In this document: positions 28,256-37,447 of the stretch, piece after piece
Numbering within the stretch: the stretch's first letter is position 1
Layout of the letters: the number at the start of each line of letters is the position of its first letter
NCBI GenBank assembly: GCA_036505355.1
Contig: DASXTP010000108.1
Span: 14,857-78,856, forward strand
DNA from: Candidatus Eiseniibacteriota bacterium
GTDB lineage: Bacteria > Eisenbacteria > RBG-16-71-46
Reading direction: 5' to 3'
DNA length: 64,000 nt
Notes under the pieces: model-generated
Seen by the model: the letters and a program-made list of their open reading frames with translations, nothing else
What the model was told of the DNA's origin: nothing
Databases searched by the model: none
Translations under genes and position numbers: made by a program

Positions 28256-29883
28256 CACAGCTCCAGCAGATAGTGGGAATGAGCGCCGTGCTCGAGTCCT
28301 TCGGCGTGCGACTCCGCCAAGTCGCACAACTCGGCCACCAGCGCCACCCCCCGGTAGGCGACCGGCTCGAGCGACGCCAGCCGCCGCTCCTGCAGCTTGT
28401 CGCCCGGCAGCAGGTAGTAGCGCAGCCTCGGCCATTCCGGATGCTCCCGCTCCAGGCGGTGCCGGGATTTTCCGACCAGCCCCTCGGCGAGCCGCGCGAA
28501 TTGGTAATCGATCTTGCCGCGCGCCGACTCGACCAGCTGCGGCAGGCTGGCGTCGAGACGCGCGCTCAGGGTCGAGAAGCGTTCGAGCCCGGTCAGCGCA
28601 TCGGCGCGGATCCGCTCGAGCTCGGCGCGCACGCCACGCGGCAACAGCCGCTCGGCCTCGCGCCGCAGCACCGTGTCGGTCGTCGCCACCAGCTCCCAGG
28701 GATCGACCCCCGACTGCACCAGCAGTTGCACGGCCGCCGGCGGCACCCACGTGGCTCCGAACCGCGGCACCGGGCACGCAGGCCGGACGTCGAGGATCTG
28801 ATAGGCTTCCTTGAGCTGGGCCAAGTACGCCAGCTCCCCTGGCCCGCAGGCCATGGCCACGGTCGGCAACACGCCGTCTTGGACCACCGGGCGAAGGGCG
28901 ACTCCCGGACTCAACAACACTCCTGGGCCTCGGGCCCGCGCTTCGGCCACGGCCACCTTGCGGCGCGTGCCATCCTCCAGCGCGAATACCAGCGACTCGA
29001 GGGACGCATCGGCCAGCGGTCGACGGCCCAGCGCCGGCTCCAGCTCGGCACCGGCTTGCCGCACCGCTTGTGAGCATTCTTCCGCCCGCAAGAGATAGCG
29101 ATCGATCACGCTCCGTGCCGCGGCCCGGAACGCGGGAAGCCGCGGATCCACCACGACCAGACCTTGCTCGGCGAACAAACGCAACATGAGAGCGCTGTGC
29201 AGCTCGCCCAAATCCCGCGCCGCGGCGAGGCAGCCCTGCCACAGGCGGGCCACCTCGGCATGGCCGGGAAGTCCCAACCAGCGCGCCAGCGCCTCCTCGC
29301 CGAGCACCTGCAGCGGCTCGATCGCGATGTTGCCGACCAGGCTCCCCGCCCGGTGCGCGTGATCCGGCAGGGTGAGATCGCGGAGCGCCAGCGTGGCGTC
29401 GGCCGCGGCGATGGAACGGATTTCGTCGAAGTCGGAGTCGTCGACGTGGGTCCAGAAGAGGGGCACGCAGGGCACGCCGCTGCGCGTGGCCACCCGGCGC
29501 GCGATTCCGACCGCCGCCGCCGTCTTGTGCAGCGCGTACAGCGGTCCCCCCAGCGGGGCAGGTTGCTGCCCCGCCACCGAGCACACCGCCTCGCCCCGGA
29601 TCAGCCGCTCGAGCGCCGCCTTCGAGGCATGAGACGCACCGAGTCGCTGGTGATAGTCGAGCAGCGCCTCGGCGAGATCGGTCGGCAGGGGCATCCGCTT
29701 CGCCGCCACCAGCCCCGCCAGACGGTCGCGTTCGGACCACGACACCGGGAAGCGGACCCGAGCCAACGCGCCGTGGCTCACGATTTCGTGGGTGAGGAAG
29801 TCGAACAGGCGGTCGAAGGGCGGCTCCGGACGGCCCACTACCTGCGCGCGCACGATGGAGGCGCGCGTCACCACAAGGGCCAA
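28255..29883 (-). CDS. bshC: Bacillithiol biosynthesis cysteine-adding enzyme
   Basis: 542 aa. GQQPAPLGGPLYALHKT and the length are typical of BshC. The start (TTG 29883) is tentative. Confidence 0.75.
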   Translation of the reverse strand: MALVVTRASIVRAQVVGRPEPPFDRLFDFLTHEIVSHGALARVRFPVSWSERDRLAGLVAAKRMPLPTDLAEALLDYHQRLGASHASKAALERLIRGEAVCSVAGQQPAPLGGPLYALHKTAAAVGIARRVATRSGVPCVPLFWTHVDDSDFDEIRSIAAADATLALRDLTLPDHAHRAGSLVGNIAIEPLQVLGEEALARWLGLPGHAEVARLWQGCLAAARDLGELHSALMLRLFAEQGLVVVDPRLPAFRAAARSVIDRYLLRAEECSQAVRQAGAELEPALGRRPLADASLESLVFALEDGTRRKVAVAEARARGPGVLLSPGVALRPVVQDGVLPTVAMACGPGELAYLAQLKEAYQILDVRPACPVPRFGATWVPPAAVQLLVQSGVDPWELVATTDTVLRREAERLLPRGVRAELERIRADALTGLERFSTLSARLDASLPQLVESARGKIDYQFARLAEGLVGKSRHRLEREHPEWPRLRYYLLPGDKLQERRLASLEPVAYRGVALVAELCDLAESHAEGLEHGAHSHYLLEL

Positions 29884-30111
29884 CCGAGGGACAGCTTCGG
29901 TGCGGGGCGCGGCCGGCAGGCGGGCGAGGGGTCCGGGGAAGGCATGGATCAGGGCATCTTAGGAAGGCCCTGCCGAGAGGTCAACGTGTCGACAACCGCG
30001 TCCGCGCTCGTCCGGTGGCGGTGGAGAAGACGCAAACCCCTTGACGGTCCCGGGCGACCTTGGACAGTATCCACGCCCTGCGCCGCCCTTCGAGACCTCC
30101 GGAGCCCCGAC

Positions 30112-30750
30112 GTGAACGCCGTTACCGACCGTGCCCTCAACGCCGCCCAGCTCGCCGGGGCCAGCTACGCCGACGTGCGGGTCGTCGAGTCGCGCGCTCA
30201 GTTCGTCGAGGTCAAGAACCGCAAGGTCCGGCGCCGATCCTGCCGATCGAGCGCGGCGTCGAGGCCACGGCCACCTGTACGCCCGAGGAGCGAGCGGGTG
30301 CCGTGGGGCCCGTAATCGAGGCCGTGCTGGCGCGCGGCATGAACGCGACGGGCGCACTGACCACGGCCGCGACCTCCTTCGCCCTGGCCAGCAGCGAGGG
30401 CATCTTCGCGTGCCATCCCGACACCTACGCCAACTTCACTTGCACGGTACGGACCGGCGATTGGAGCGGGTGGTGCGACCGCCATCGGCGGGACTGGCGC
30501 GAGCTGGATCCGCCGGCCCTCGGAGCCTCGGCGACCACGCTCATCGAGCGCGGCGTGGCGCGAGCGGTGGTCCATGACCGGCGCACCGCCCGGATCGCCG
30601 GCGTCGAGAGCACCGGACATGCGGGCCCGCCGCCGTCGGTTGAGGGGCCCATCCCCTACGACCCTGATCCTCGGCACCGGAGATGCCTGCGTCGTCGCCC
30701 CGGCGCTCAAGGTGCAGGATTTCCAATTCACCGGTGTGGCCCCGTTCTGA
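30112..30750 (+). pseudogene. TldD/PmbA-family metalloprotease remnant (multiple frames, large internal losses)
   Basis: N-terminus from GTG 30112 (AVTDRALNAAQLAGASYADVRVVESRAQFVEVKNRKV) is in frame 1. The middle part (ALASSEGIFACHPDTYANFTCTV..LIERGVARAVVHDRRTARIAGVESTGHAG) is in the frame of ORF 30060..30761. The tail (TLILGTGDA..LKVQDFQFTGVAPF, stop 30748-30750) is back in frame 1. Confidence 0.55.
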
Positions 30751-30757
30751 AGCCCTC

Positions 30758-31927
30758 GTGATCGGCGGGCAGATCTCACCCGAAGAGGCCCAGCGGACCG
30801 CCACCCACGCGATCTGGACGTTCCCGGCCATTCTGGCCAGCGCGTTCGTCGTCGCCTGGGGCGCCGAGGCGGCGCAGTTCTACATCTCCCAAGGCCTCGC
30901 CTTGGCCCTCTTGGCCTGGATCCAAGTGTTGCCGGAGTTCGCGGTGGAGGCGGTGATTTCTTGGCGCCGCGACGTGCCACTGATGACCGCCAACTTCACG
31001 GGCGCGCTGCGACTCCTGACCGGCCTCGGCTGGCCCATGATCTGGATCGTCCATGCGGTCTCGCGCCGGCGGCGCGGCCTGCGCGACGTCTGGCCCCCCA
31101 TCCATCTCGAGGAGGAACATGCCGCCGAGGTCGTCGGTCTGATCCCGCCGCTCGTGTACTTCGCCTGGATCATTTTCAAAGGCACGCTCGACTGCTGGGA
31201 CGCCGCCGTGTTGCTCGCCTTCTATGCCGGCTACCTAATGGTCTTGAACCGCATCCCCCCCAAGGAGCACGAGGAGATCGAGGACGTCGCGGCGGTAGCC
31301 CGCGCGGTGGTCCGGTTGGACTCGCGACGCCGGCGGCTCGCCCTCGTCGGCCTGTTTCTCGCTGGCGGGGCGGGGATCTACCTCACGGCTCGGCCATTCC
31401 TGGAAAGCATGGTCGGGCTGGCGACCGTGCTCGGGGTTTCGCAATTCGTCTTCATCCAATGGGTGGCGCCGTTCCTTTCGGAGTTCCCCGAATTCGTCAG
31501 CACCTCCTATTGGGCGCGCAGTCGGGGCAAGGCGGGCATGGCCCTCATGAACATGGTGTCCTCGAACATCAACCAGTGGACCGTGCTGGCGGCGATGATC
31601 CCCATCGTCTACTCCCTGTCGCTCGGACACCCGGCCGCCGTCCCGCTCCAGGAACATCGGGTCGAGTTGATGCTGACGCTGCTCCAGGGCGCACTCGGGC
31701 TGGTCCTGCTCGCCAACTTCACGTTCCATGCCTACGAAGCGCTCGGCCTGTTCGCGCTTTGGTTCGCTCAGTTCTGCGTGCCTCACTGGCGCGAGGAGAT
31801 CTCGATCGTCTATGCGGTCTGGTTGGTGTTCGAGCTCGGCTCGGCCGCCTGGCGGCCCGGCCGCCTGAGGGCGTTCCTCGTGTTCCCTAGCTTGTGGTCG
31901 GCGGGTCGGCGCCGCGGTCGCGCCTGA
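30758..31927 (+). CDS. Sodium/calcium exchanger (CaCA) family membrane protein
   Basis: About 10 hydrophobic helices. Two alpha-repeat-like segments (GAEAAQF..LPEFAVE and FLSEFPEFV). Start GTG 30758 is tentative (ORF 30683..31927). Confidence 0.6.
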   Translation: MIGGQISPEEAQRTATHAIWTFPAILASAFVVAWGAEAAQFYISQGLALALLAWIQVLPEFAVEAVISWRRDVPLMTANFTGALRLLTGLGWPMIWIVHAVSRRRRGLRDVWPPIHLEEEHAAEVVGLIPPLVYFAWIIFKGTLDCWDAAVLLAFYAGYLMVLNRIPPKEHEEIEDVAAVARAVVRLDSRRRRLALVGLFLAGGAGIYLTARPFLESMVGLATVLGVSQFVFIQWVAPFLSEFPEFVSTSYWARSRGKAGMALMNMVSSNINQWTVLAAMIPIVYSLSLGHPAAVPLQEHRVELMLTLLQGALGLVLLANFTFHAYEALGLFALWFAQFCVPHWREEISIVYAVWLVFELGSAAWRPGRLRAFLVFPSLWSAGRRRGRA

Positions 31928-33536
31928 GCGCTCGGCGCCCCAGCATCCGTCGCGTGCCCGCGCGGACCAGGGCCTCGACGGTGTCGAGCTCGGCGACCCG
32001 GAGTCTTTTCATCGCCAGGTAACCAATCACGATGGCGATCCCGAGGCCGGCGCTCACGACCGCGAGCTCGGCGATGATCCGGCCATGCCACGAATCCCCG
32101 AGCAGCCGGAGGCCGACGAAGCCGGGAAGGGCGCCGATCCCGGCCGCGAGCAGCACGCGGGCCAGCGTATCGAGCATGCGGCGCGCTTCCATCGGGCCGA
32201 TGCGCCGGCGCAGGTAGAACCCCAGCTGCAGCAGGTTGGCGATCGAGGTCACCGAGGTGGCGAGCGCCAGCCCCAGGTGGCCCAGTCCCAGGAAACGAAG
32301 CGGGCCGACGAACAGCAGGTTGAGCGCCAGATTGAGAGCCACCGCCACGAAGCTGGCTTTCAACGGCGTACCGGTGTCTCCGAGTGCGTAGAAGGTCCGG
32401 GTCAGCACGCCAACCGCGGCGAACGCCGGGAGCCCGAGGCAGTACATCACCAGGGCATCCCCGGTGCGGATCGTATCGGTCGGGCCGAAGCGGCCGTGCT
32501 CGTAGAGCAAGGCCACCACCGGTCGCGCCATCACGGCCAGCCACACCGCCGCCGGCGCGGTGAGCAGGAACACCAGCCGCAACGTCGCCGAGAGCGTGGT
32601 CTTGAGGGCTCCCAGATCCCGGCCGACAGCCGCGCGCGAAAGCGCCGGAAGGCTCACGGTCGCCAGCGCGACCCCGAACACGCCGATCGGTAACTGCATG
32701 AGCCGGAACGCGTACCACAGCCACGACACGCTGCCCTGCTCGAGCAGGCTCGCGATCAGGGTGCTGACGAAGAGGTTGAGCTGAGTGGCCGCCAACCCCA
32801 CCGTCGCCGGCAACATCAGCCGCGCGACCCGGGCCACGCCCGGATCCCAGAGCGGCCGCTGGAAGCGGGGCCGGAATCCCTCGGCCCACAGGGCCGGCAG
32901 CTGGAAGGCGAGCTGTCCGGCGCCCCCGATCACCACGCCGAGGGCCATGGCCAGGATGGCGGGCTGCCCATACCGCCGAAACATCGGGATCAGCGCCACC
33001 CCTCCCACCACCATGCCCACATTGAGCATGGCCGGGGCGAGCCCGGGCACCGCGAAGCGGCCGCGCGCGTTCAGCATGCCCATGACCGCTGCCGCCACGG
33101 CGACCAGAGGAAGGAACGGCAGCATCACCCGCGTCAGCAGGACCGTCAGCTCGAGCTTGCCGGGAATCGAGCCGAAGCCCGGCGCGAAGATCCGCACCAG
33201 CCAAGGAGCCACGACGTAGCCGAGCGTGCAGACCACGAGCAAGACCGCCGAGAGGGCGACGATGAGCCGTAATCCCAGCTTCCAGGCCTCGGCGTCGCCT
33301 CGGGTGGATTGAACCTCGGTGAAGGTCGGCACGAAGGCCGACGACATGGCGCCCTCGGCGAAGAGATCGCGGAGCAGATTGGGGATGCGAAACGCCACGT
33401 TGAAGGCGTCGGTGGCGAAGCCGGCCCCGAACAGCACCGCCATGACCTGCTCCCGCACCAGCCCCAGCAGACGCGACAGCAAGGTGGCGGCTCCCACCGC
33501 CCCGGCGTGCCGCGCGACCCGGAGCTCTTCGCTCAT
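31887..33536 (-). CDS. murJ: Lipid II flippase MurJ
   Basis: LSRLLGLVREQVMAVLFGAGFATDAFNVAFRIPNLLRDLFAEGAMSSAFVP is the canonical MurJ/MviN N-terminus. 549 aa, polytopic. Confidence 0.9.
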   Translation of the reverse strand: MSEELRVARHAGAVGAATLLSRLLGLVREQVMAVLFGAGFATDAFNVAFRIPNLLRDLFAEGAMSSAFVPTFTEVQSTRGDAEAWKLGLRLIVALSAVLLVVCTLGYVVAPWLVRIFAPGFGSIPGKLELTVLLTRVMLPFLPLVAVAAAVMGMLNARGRFAVPGLAPAMLNVGMVVGGVALIPMFRRYGQPAILAMALGVVIGGAGQLAFQLPALWAEGFRPRFQRPLWDPGVARVARLMLPATVGLAATQLNLFVSTLIASLLEQGSVSWLWYAFRLMQLPIGVFGVALATVSLPALSRAAVGRDLGALKTTLSATLRLVFLLTAPAAVWLAVMARPVVALLYEHGRFGPTDTIRTGDALVMYCLGLPAFAAVGVLTRTFYALGDTGTPLKASFVAVALNLALNLLFVGPLRFLGLGHLGLALATSVTSIANLLQLGFYLRRRIGPMEARRMLDTLARVLLAAGIGALPGFVGLRLLGDSWHGRIIAELAVVSAGLGIAIVIGYLAMKRLRVAELDTVEALVRAGTRRMLGRRALRRDRGADPPTTS

Positions 33537-33590
33537 CGCCGGGTCCGTACGCGTGACGGACCGCTGGAGCCCGTGCTAGGTTGCCGGGCC

Positions 33591-34376
33591 ATGTCTCCTT
33601 TCCAGGCGGCGGTGTTGGGGACCATTCAGGGACTCACCGAGTTCCTGCCGATCTCGAGCAGCGCGCACCTGTACGTCGTGCCCACCCTGCTGCGTTGGTC
33701 GTACGCCGGAGTCGCCTTCGACGTGGCCCTCCATTGGGGGACGCTGCTGGCGCTGGTGGCGGCGTTCCACCGAGACTGGTGGGAGCTCGGCCGTGGGGCC
33801 TTCAGTCGCGACCGGGCGACCCGGGTCGAGAGCCGGCGGGTGTGGCTCAAGCTGGCGGCGGCTTCGGTGCCGGCCGCCGTGGTCGGCCTGGCGGTGGAAG
33901 GATGGGCCGACACGGTGCTTCGCTCCCTGCCGCTGCAGGCGACGACCCTGTTCGTGTTCGGTTTCCTGCTGTGGTGGGTGGACCGGACGCGAGCCGAGGC
34001 GCGCGACGAGGTGGTGCCGGGATGGGGAACCTGTCTGGTGGTTGGCTGGGCGCAGACCCTGGCGCTGGTTCCGGGCGTCTCGCGCTCGGGAATCACGATC
34101 ACGGCGGGCCGGGCGATGGGACTCTCGCGGATCTCGGCGGCGCGGTTTTCGTTCTTGCTCGCGACGCCGATCACCTTCGGGGCCGGGCTGCTCGAGCTGA
34201 GAAAGCTGACGCCCGGACTGCCGCCGTCGACGCTCGCGATCGGAGTCGGCACCGCCTCGCTCACCGGCTTCCTCGCCATCCGTGGCCTCATTCGCTGGCT
34301 GGAACGTGGGGGCTTCGGGGCGTTCTTCGCCTACCGCGCGCTGCTCGCGTTGGGCATCCTCATCTTCATGAGGTAG
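33591..34376 (+). CDS. uppP: Undecaprenyl-diphosphate phosphatase
   Basis: ATG 33591 within ORF 33309..34376. GLTEFLPISSSAHL and SRSGITI motifs. Confidence 0.9.
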   Translation: MSPFQAAVLGTIQGLTEFLPISSSAHLYVVPTLLRWSYAGVAFDVALHWGTLLALVAAFHRDWWELGRGAFSRDRATRVESRRVWLKLAAASVPAAVVGLAVEGWADTVLRSLPLQATTLFVFGFLLWWVDRTRAEARDEVVPGWGTCLVVGWAQTLALVPGVSRSGITITAGRAMGLSRISAARFSFLLATPITFGAGLLELRKLTPGLPPSTLAIGVGTASLTGFLAIRGLIRWLERGGFGAFFAYRALLALGILIFMR

Positions 34377-34989
34377 GGCTGGCCCGGTCGCGGCGCGTCA
34401 TCTTGTCCTTGAAGTAGCGGTTCAGCCGGTCGCGCAGGCTGATTCGGGCCCGATGCAGGCGCGATTTGACGGCCGCCACCGAGATGTCGAGCACCTCGGC
34501 CACCTCGGCGTTCGAGAGCCCCTCGACGTCGCGCAACACGAAGACCGTGCGCAGGTCCTCGGGCAGGCGAGCGATGCCCTCCTCCATGACCTCTCGGGTC
34601 TCGGCGTCCAACAGCTCTTCCAGCGGCTCGGCGGACCAGTCGGGCAAGGCCAGCGGCTCGGCATCCTCATACGGACTCTGGGACTGCTCGAGCGAAACAT
34701 GACGGTCGCGGCGCTTGCGGTACTTCATCAGCGCCGCGTTGGTCGCGACCCGGTAGAGCCAGGTGGAAAACGTCGACGCCGCCTTGAAGTTCTTGAGTCC
34801 CCGGTAGGCGGAGAGGAACGCGTCCTGAAGCGTCTCCGCGGCATCCTCCTCATGGCGCAGGATCTTGTAAGCGAGCCGGTAGACTTTCTCCTTGTACCGG
34901 TGGACCAGCTCGTCAAACGCGCGATTATCGCCGGCCTGGGCGATCCGGACCAGGTCTTCGTCTCGCCGCTCGCGATAGGTTTCAGCCAT
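34366..34989 (-). CDS. ECF-type RNA polymerase sigma-70 family factor
   Basis: From ATG 34989. Region 2 (FDELVHRYKEKVYRLAYKIL..DAFLSAYR..FSTWLYRVATN) and region 4 (LSNAEVAEVLDISVAAVKSRLHRAR). Confidence 0.9.
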   Translation of the reverse strand: MAETYRERRDEDLVRIAQAGDNRAFDELVHRYKEKVYRLAYKILRHEEDAAETLQDAFLSAYRGLKNFKAASTFSTWLYRVATNAALMKYRKRRDRHVSLEQSQSPYEDAEPLALPDWSAEPLEELLDAETREVMEEGIARLPEDLRTVFVLRDVEGLSNAEVAEVLDISVAAVKSRLHRARISLRDRLNRYFKDKMTRRDRASPTS

Positions 34990-35046
34990 CCGCAGCCCAC
35001 CGCGACCCGGAGCCGGCATCGCCCCTTCCTATGCACGCCACCTGCC

Positions 35047-35823
35047 TCATGCGAAGGCCTCCACCCGATTCTCGAGCACGCCGATGCCTTCCACCTCGAC
35101 CTCGATCCGATCCCCGATCTCGACCGGGGCGATCCCGGCCGGCGTCCCGGTCGCGATCACGTCGCCTGGTTCCAGCGTCATGACGTGCGAGATGAAGCTG
35201 ACCAGGGTTTCGACCGGAAAGAGGAGGTCGGACGTGTGGCCGCGCTGGCGGACGCGGCCGTTCACCCGGCACTCGATTCCCAAAGCGTCGGAAGGAAGGC
35301 CCACCGCCACCCACGGACCCAGGGGAGCGAAGGTATCGAAGCCTTTCGCCCTTGTCCATTGCCCGTCCCGCTTCTGGTAGTTGCGCGCGGTGACGTCGTT
35401 CATGCAGGTGAGCCCCGCAACGTGACCTAGCGCCTGGCCGGGTGCGACGCGGCGTGCCCGGGTCCCGATGACCACGCCCAGCTCGGCCTCGGGATCGAGT
35501 CGGGTAACACCCGGGGGATAGCGGATCGGCTGCCGGCTCGCGATCACGCTGCTCGGGGGCTTCAGGAACAGCAAGGGTTCTTCGGGAAGGTGGCTTCCCG
35601 GGGCGACGCTCAAGCTCTCGGCGAAATGTTCGCGGTAGTTGAGCCCCACGCAGACGATCTTGCTGGGGGTGACGGGAGCCAGCAGGATGACGCGGTCCAT
35701 CGGATCGCGGACCTTCGTCTCGCGGCCTCCCTCCCACGGGGCGGCGGTCCAGCGCACGAAGCCGTCGCCTTCGAGCCGTCCGACGTGGGGGGTCCCGTCG
35801 CGCTCGTAGCGGCCGATCTTCAT
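35047..35823 (-). CDS. Fumarylacetoacetate hydrolase (FAH) family protein
   Basis: From ATG 35823. GLNYREH, EAELGVVIG, NDVTAR, KGFDTF and GDVIATGTPAG blocks. Confidence 0.85.
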   Translation of the reverse strand: MKIGRYERDGTPHVGRLEGDGFVRWTAAPWEGGRETKVRDPMDRVILLAPVTPSKIVCVGLNYREHFAESLSVAPGSHLPEEPLLFLKPPSSVIASRQPIRYPPGVTRLDPEAELGVVIGTRARRVAPGQALGHVAGLTCMNDVTARNYQKRDGQWTRAKGFDTFAPLGPWVAVGLPSDALGIECRVNGRVRQRGHTSDLLFPVETLVSFISHVMTLEPGDVIATGTPAGIAPVEIGDRIEVEVEGIGVLENRVEAFA

Positions 35824-36112
35824 CCTGTCGAGACGGGGCATTCGGCCGGATCCGGGAGAGCCACAAAAAGAGGAGGCTCTCCGTCGCACACCGTGGTTCA
35901 ACCCCGGCGACACCCGGAAACGATGGCACGTCCGCTTCGCTTTCTAAGGTGTCGAAGGTCGAGGAACACGCGTCGGACAGGGAACCTCGCTCCGCAGGTC
36001 AGAGTCTCGAAGGACCCAGGCCGCAGGGTCAAGCGGAAAATGGATGGATCGCTCGGCGCAACGGGTCCTGGTTTGACCCTCGGTCGACGGCTCTGCTAGC
36101 TTCCCCCCCTGT

Positions 36113-37447
36113 ATGTCTCGACGTCGCGGCTCCAGGCCCCGTCAGGCCGCGGCCGAGTTGCTCTCCCGCATCGAGCACCGCACTGCCCGCCTTGGGGTCA
36201 TCGGACTCGGGTATGTCGGCTTGCCGCTGGCGGTCGAGTTTGGTCGTGCCGGCTTTGAGGTGGTCGGCCTCGACGTGGACCCGAAGCGGGTGGCCGAGCT
36301 GCGCAAGGGACGCTCGTACATCCAGGACGTGTCGAGCCGCGACGTTCGCGAGCTCGTGCGTTCCGGCAAGCTCGACCCCGCCACGGATTTCCGCCGCCTT
36401 CGGCAGGTCGACGTGGTTAACGTCTGCGTGCCCACGCCGCTGTCCAAGCAGCGCGATCCGGATGTTTCCTACATCGTCGCCGCGTCCCGGGAAGTGGCGC
36501 GCCACCTGCATCGCGGCATGCTGGTCATCCTCGAGAGCACGACCTACCCGGGGACGACCGAAGAGCTGATCCTCCCCCTGCTGCAGCACGACGGGATGAA
36601 AGTGGGCCGCGATTTCTTCCTGGCCTTCTCACCCGAGCGCGTCGACCCCGGCAACCCCCAATTCAACACCCGCAACATCCCGAAGATCGTCGGGGGGATG
36701 ACGCCGACCTGCACCCGCGTGGCAACTCGGCTCTACGAGCAGCGCTTGGAGCGGGTGGTGCCGGTCTCGTCCACGCAGGTCGCCGAGATGGTCAAGCTGC
36801 TCGAAAACACGTTCCGCAGCGTGAACGTCGGGCTGGTCAACGAGTTGGCGCTCATGTGCGCGCGGCTCAAGATCGACGTCTGGGAGGTCATCGAGGCGGC
36901 GGCGACCAAGCCGTTCGGATTCATGCCGTTCTTTCCCGGCCCCGGGCTGGGCGGCCACTGCATCCCGGTCGATCCGTTCTACCTCTCGTGGAAGGCCCGC
37001 GCCAGCGGTTTCGAAGCACGCTTCATCGAGCTGGCCGGCCATGTCAACGGCCACATGCCGGAGCACGTCGTCGACCTCGCCGCGCAAAGTCTCAACGGGC
37101 AGGGCAAGGCGGTGCGGGGATCCCGGGTGCTGGTGCTCGGCGTCGCCTACAAGGCCGACGTCGACGACACCCGGGAGAGCCCTTCCCTGGACATCATGGC
37201 CACGTTGCAGGGCCGCGGCGCGCGGGTGGACTACAGCGATCCCTTCGTGCCGGTGCTCGACTTCGCGGGTCGGCGAATGAAGACCGTGACGCTGACTCCG
37301 GCCCGCCTGCGACGATACGACTGCGTGGTGATCGCAACCGCGCACCGGGACTTCCCCTACGCAGACATCGTCCGCCACGCCCGCGGCATCGTGGACACTC
37401 GCAACGCCCTGCGCGGCCGGCGCTCGAAGAAGATCATCCGCCTCTAG
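36113..37447 (+). CDS. Nucleotide-sugar dehydrogenase (UDP-glucose/GDP-mannose dehydrogenase family, WecC/TviB-like)
   Basis: GVIGLGYVGLPLAVEF Rossmann motif, catalytic GGHCIPVDP and a C-terminal UDP-binding domain. Confidence 0.85.
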   Translation: MSRRRGSRPRQAAAELLSRIEHRTARLGVIGLGYVGLPLAVEFGRAGFEVVGLDVDPKRVAELRKGRSYIQDVSSRDVRELVRSGKLDPATDFRRLRQVDVVNVCVPTPLSKQRDPDVSYIVAASREVARHLHRGMLVILESTTYPGTTEELILPLLQHDGMKVGRDFFLAFSPERVDPGNPQFNTRNIPKIVGGMTPTCTRVATRLYEQRLERVVPVSSTQVAEMVKLLENTFRSVNVGLVNELALMCARLKIDVWEVIEAAATKPFGFMPFFPGPGLGGHCIPVDPFYLSWKARASGFEARFIELAGHVNGHMPEHVVDLAAQSLNGQGKAVRGSRVLVLGVAYKADVDDTRESPSLDIMATLQGRGARVDYSDPFVPVLDFAGRRMKTVTLTPARLRRYDCVVIATAHRDFPYADIVRHARGIVDTRNALRGRRSKKIIRL

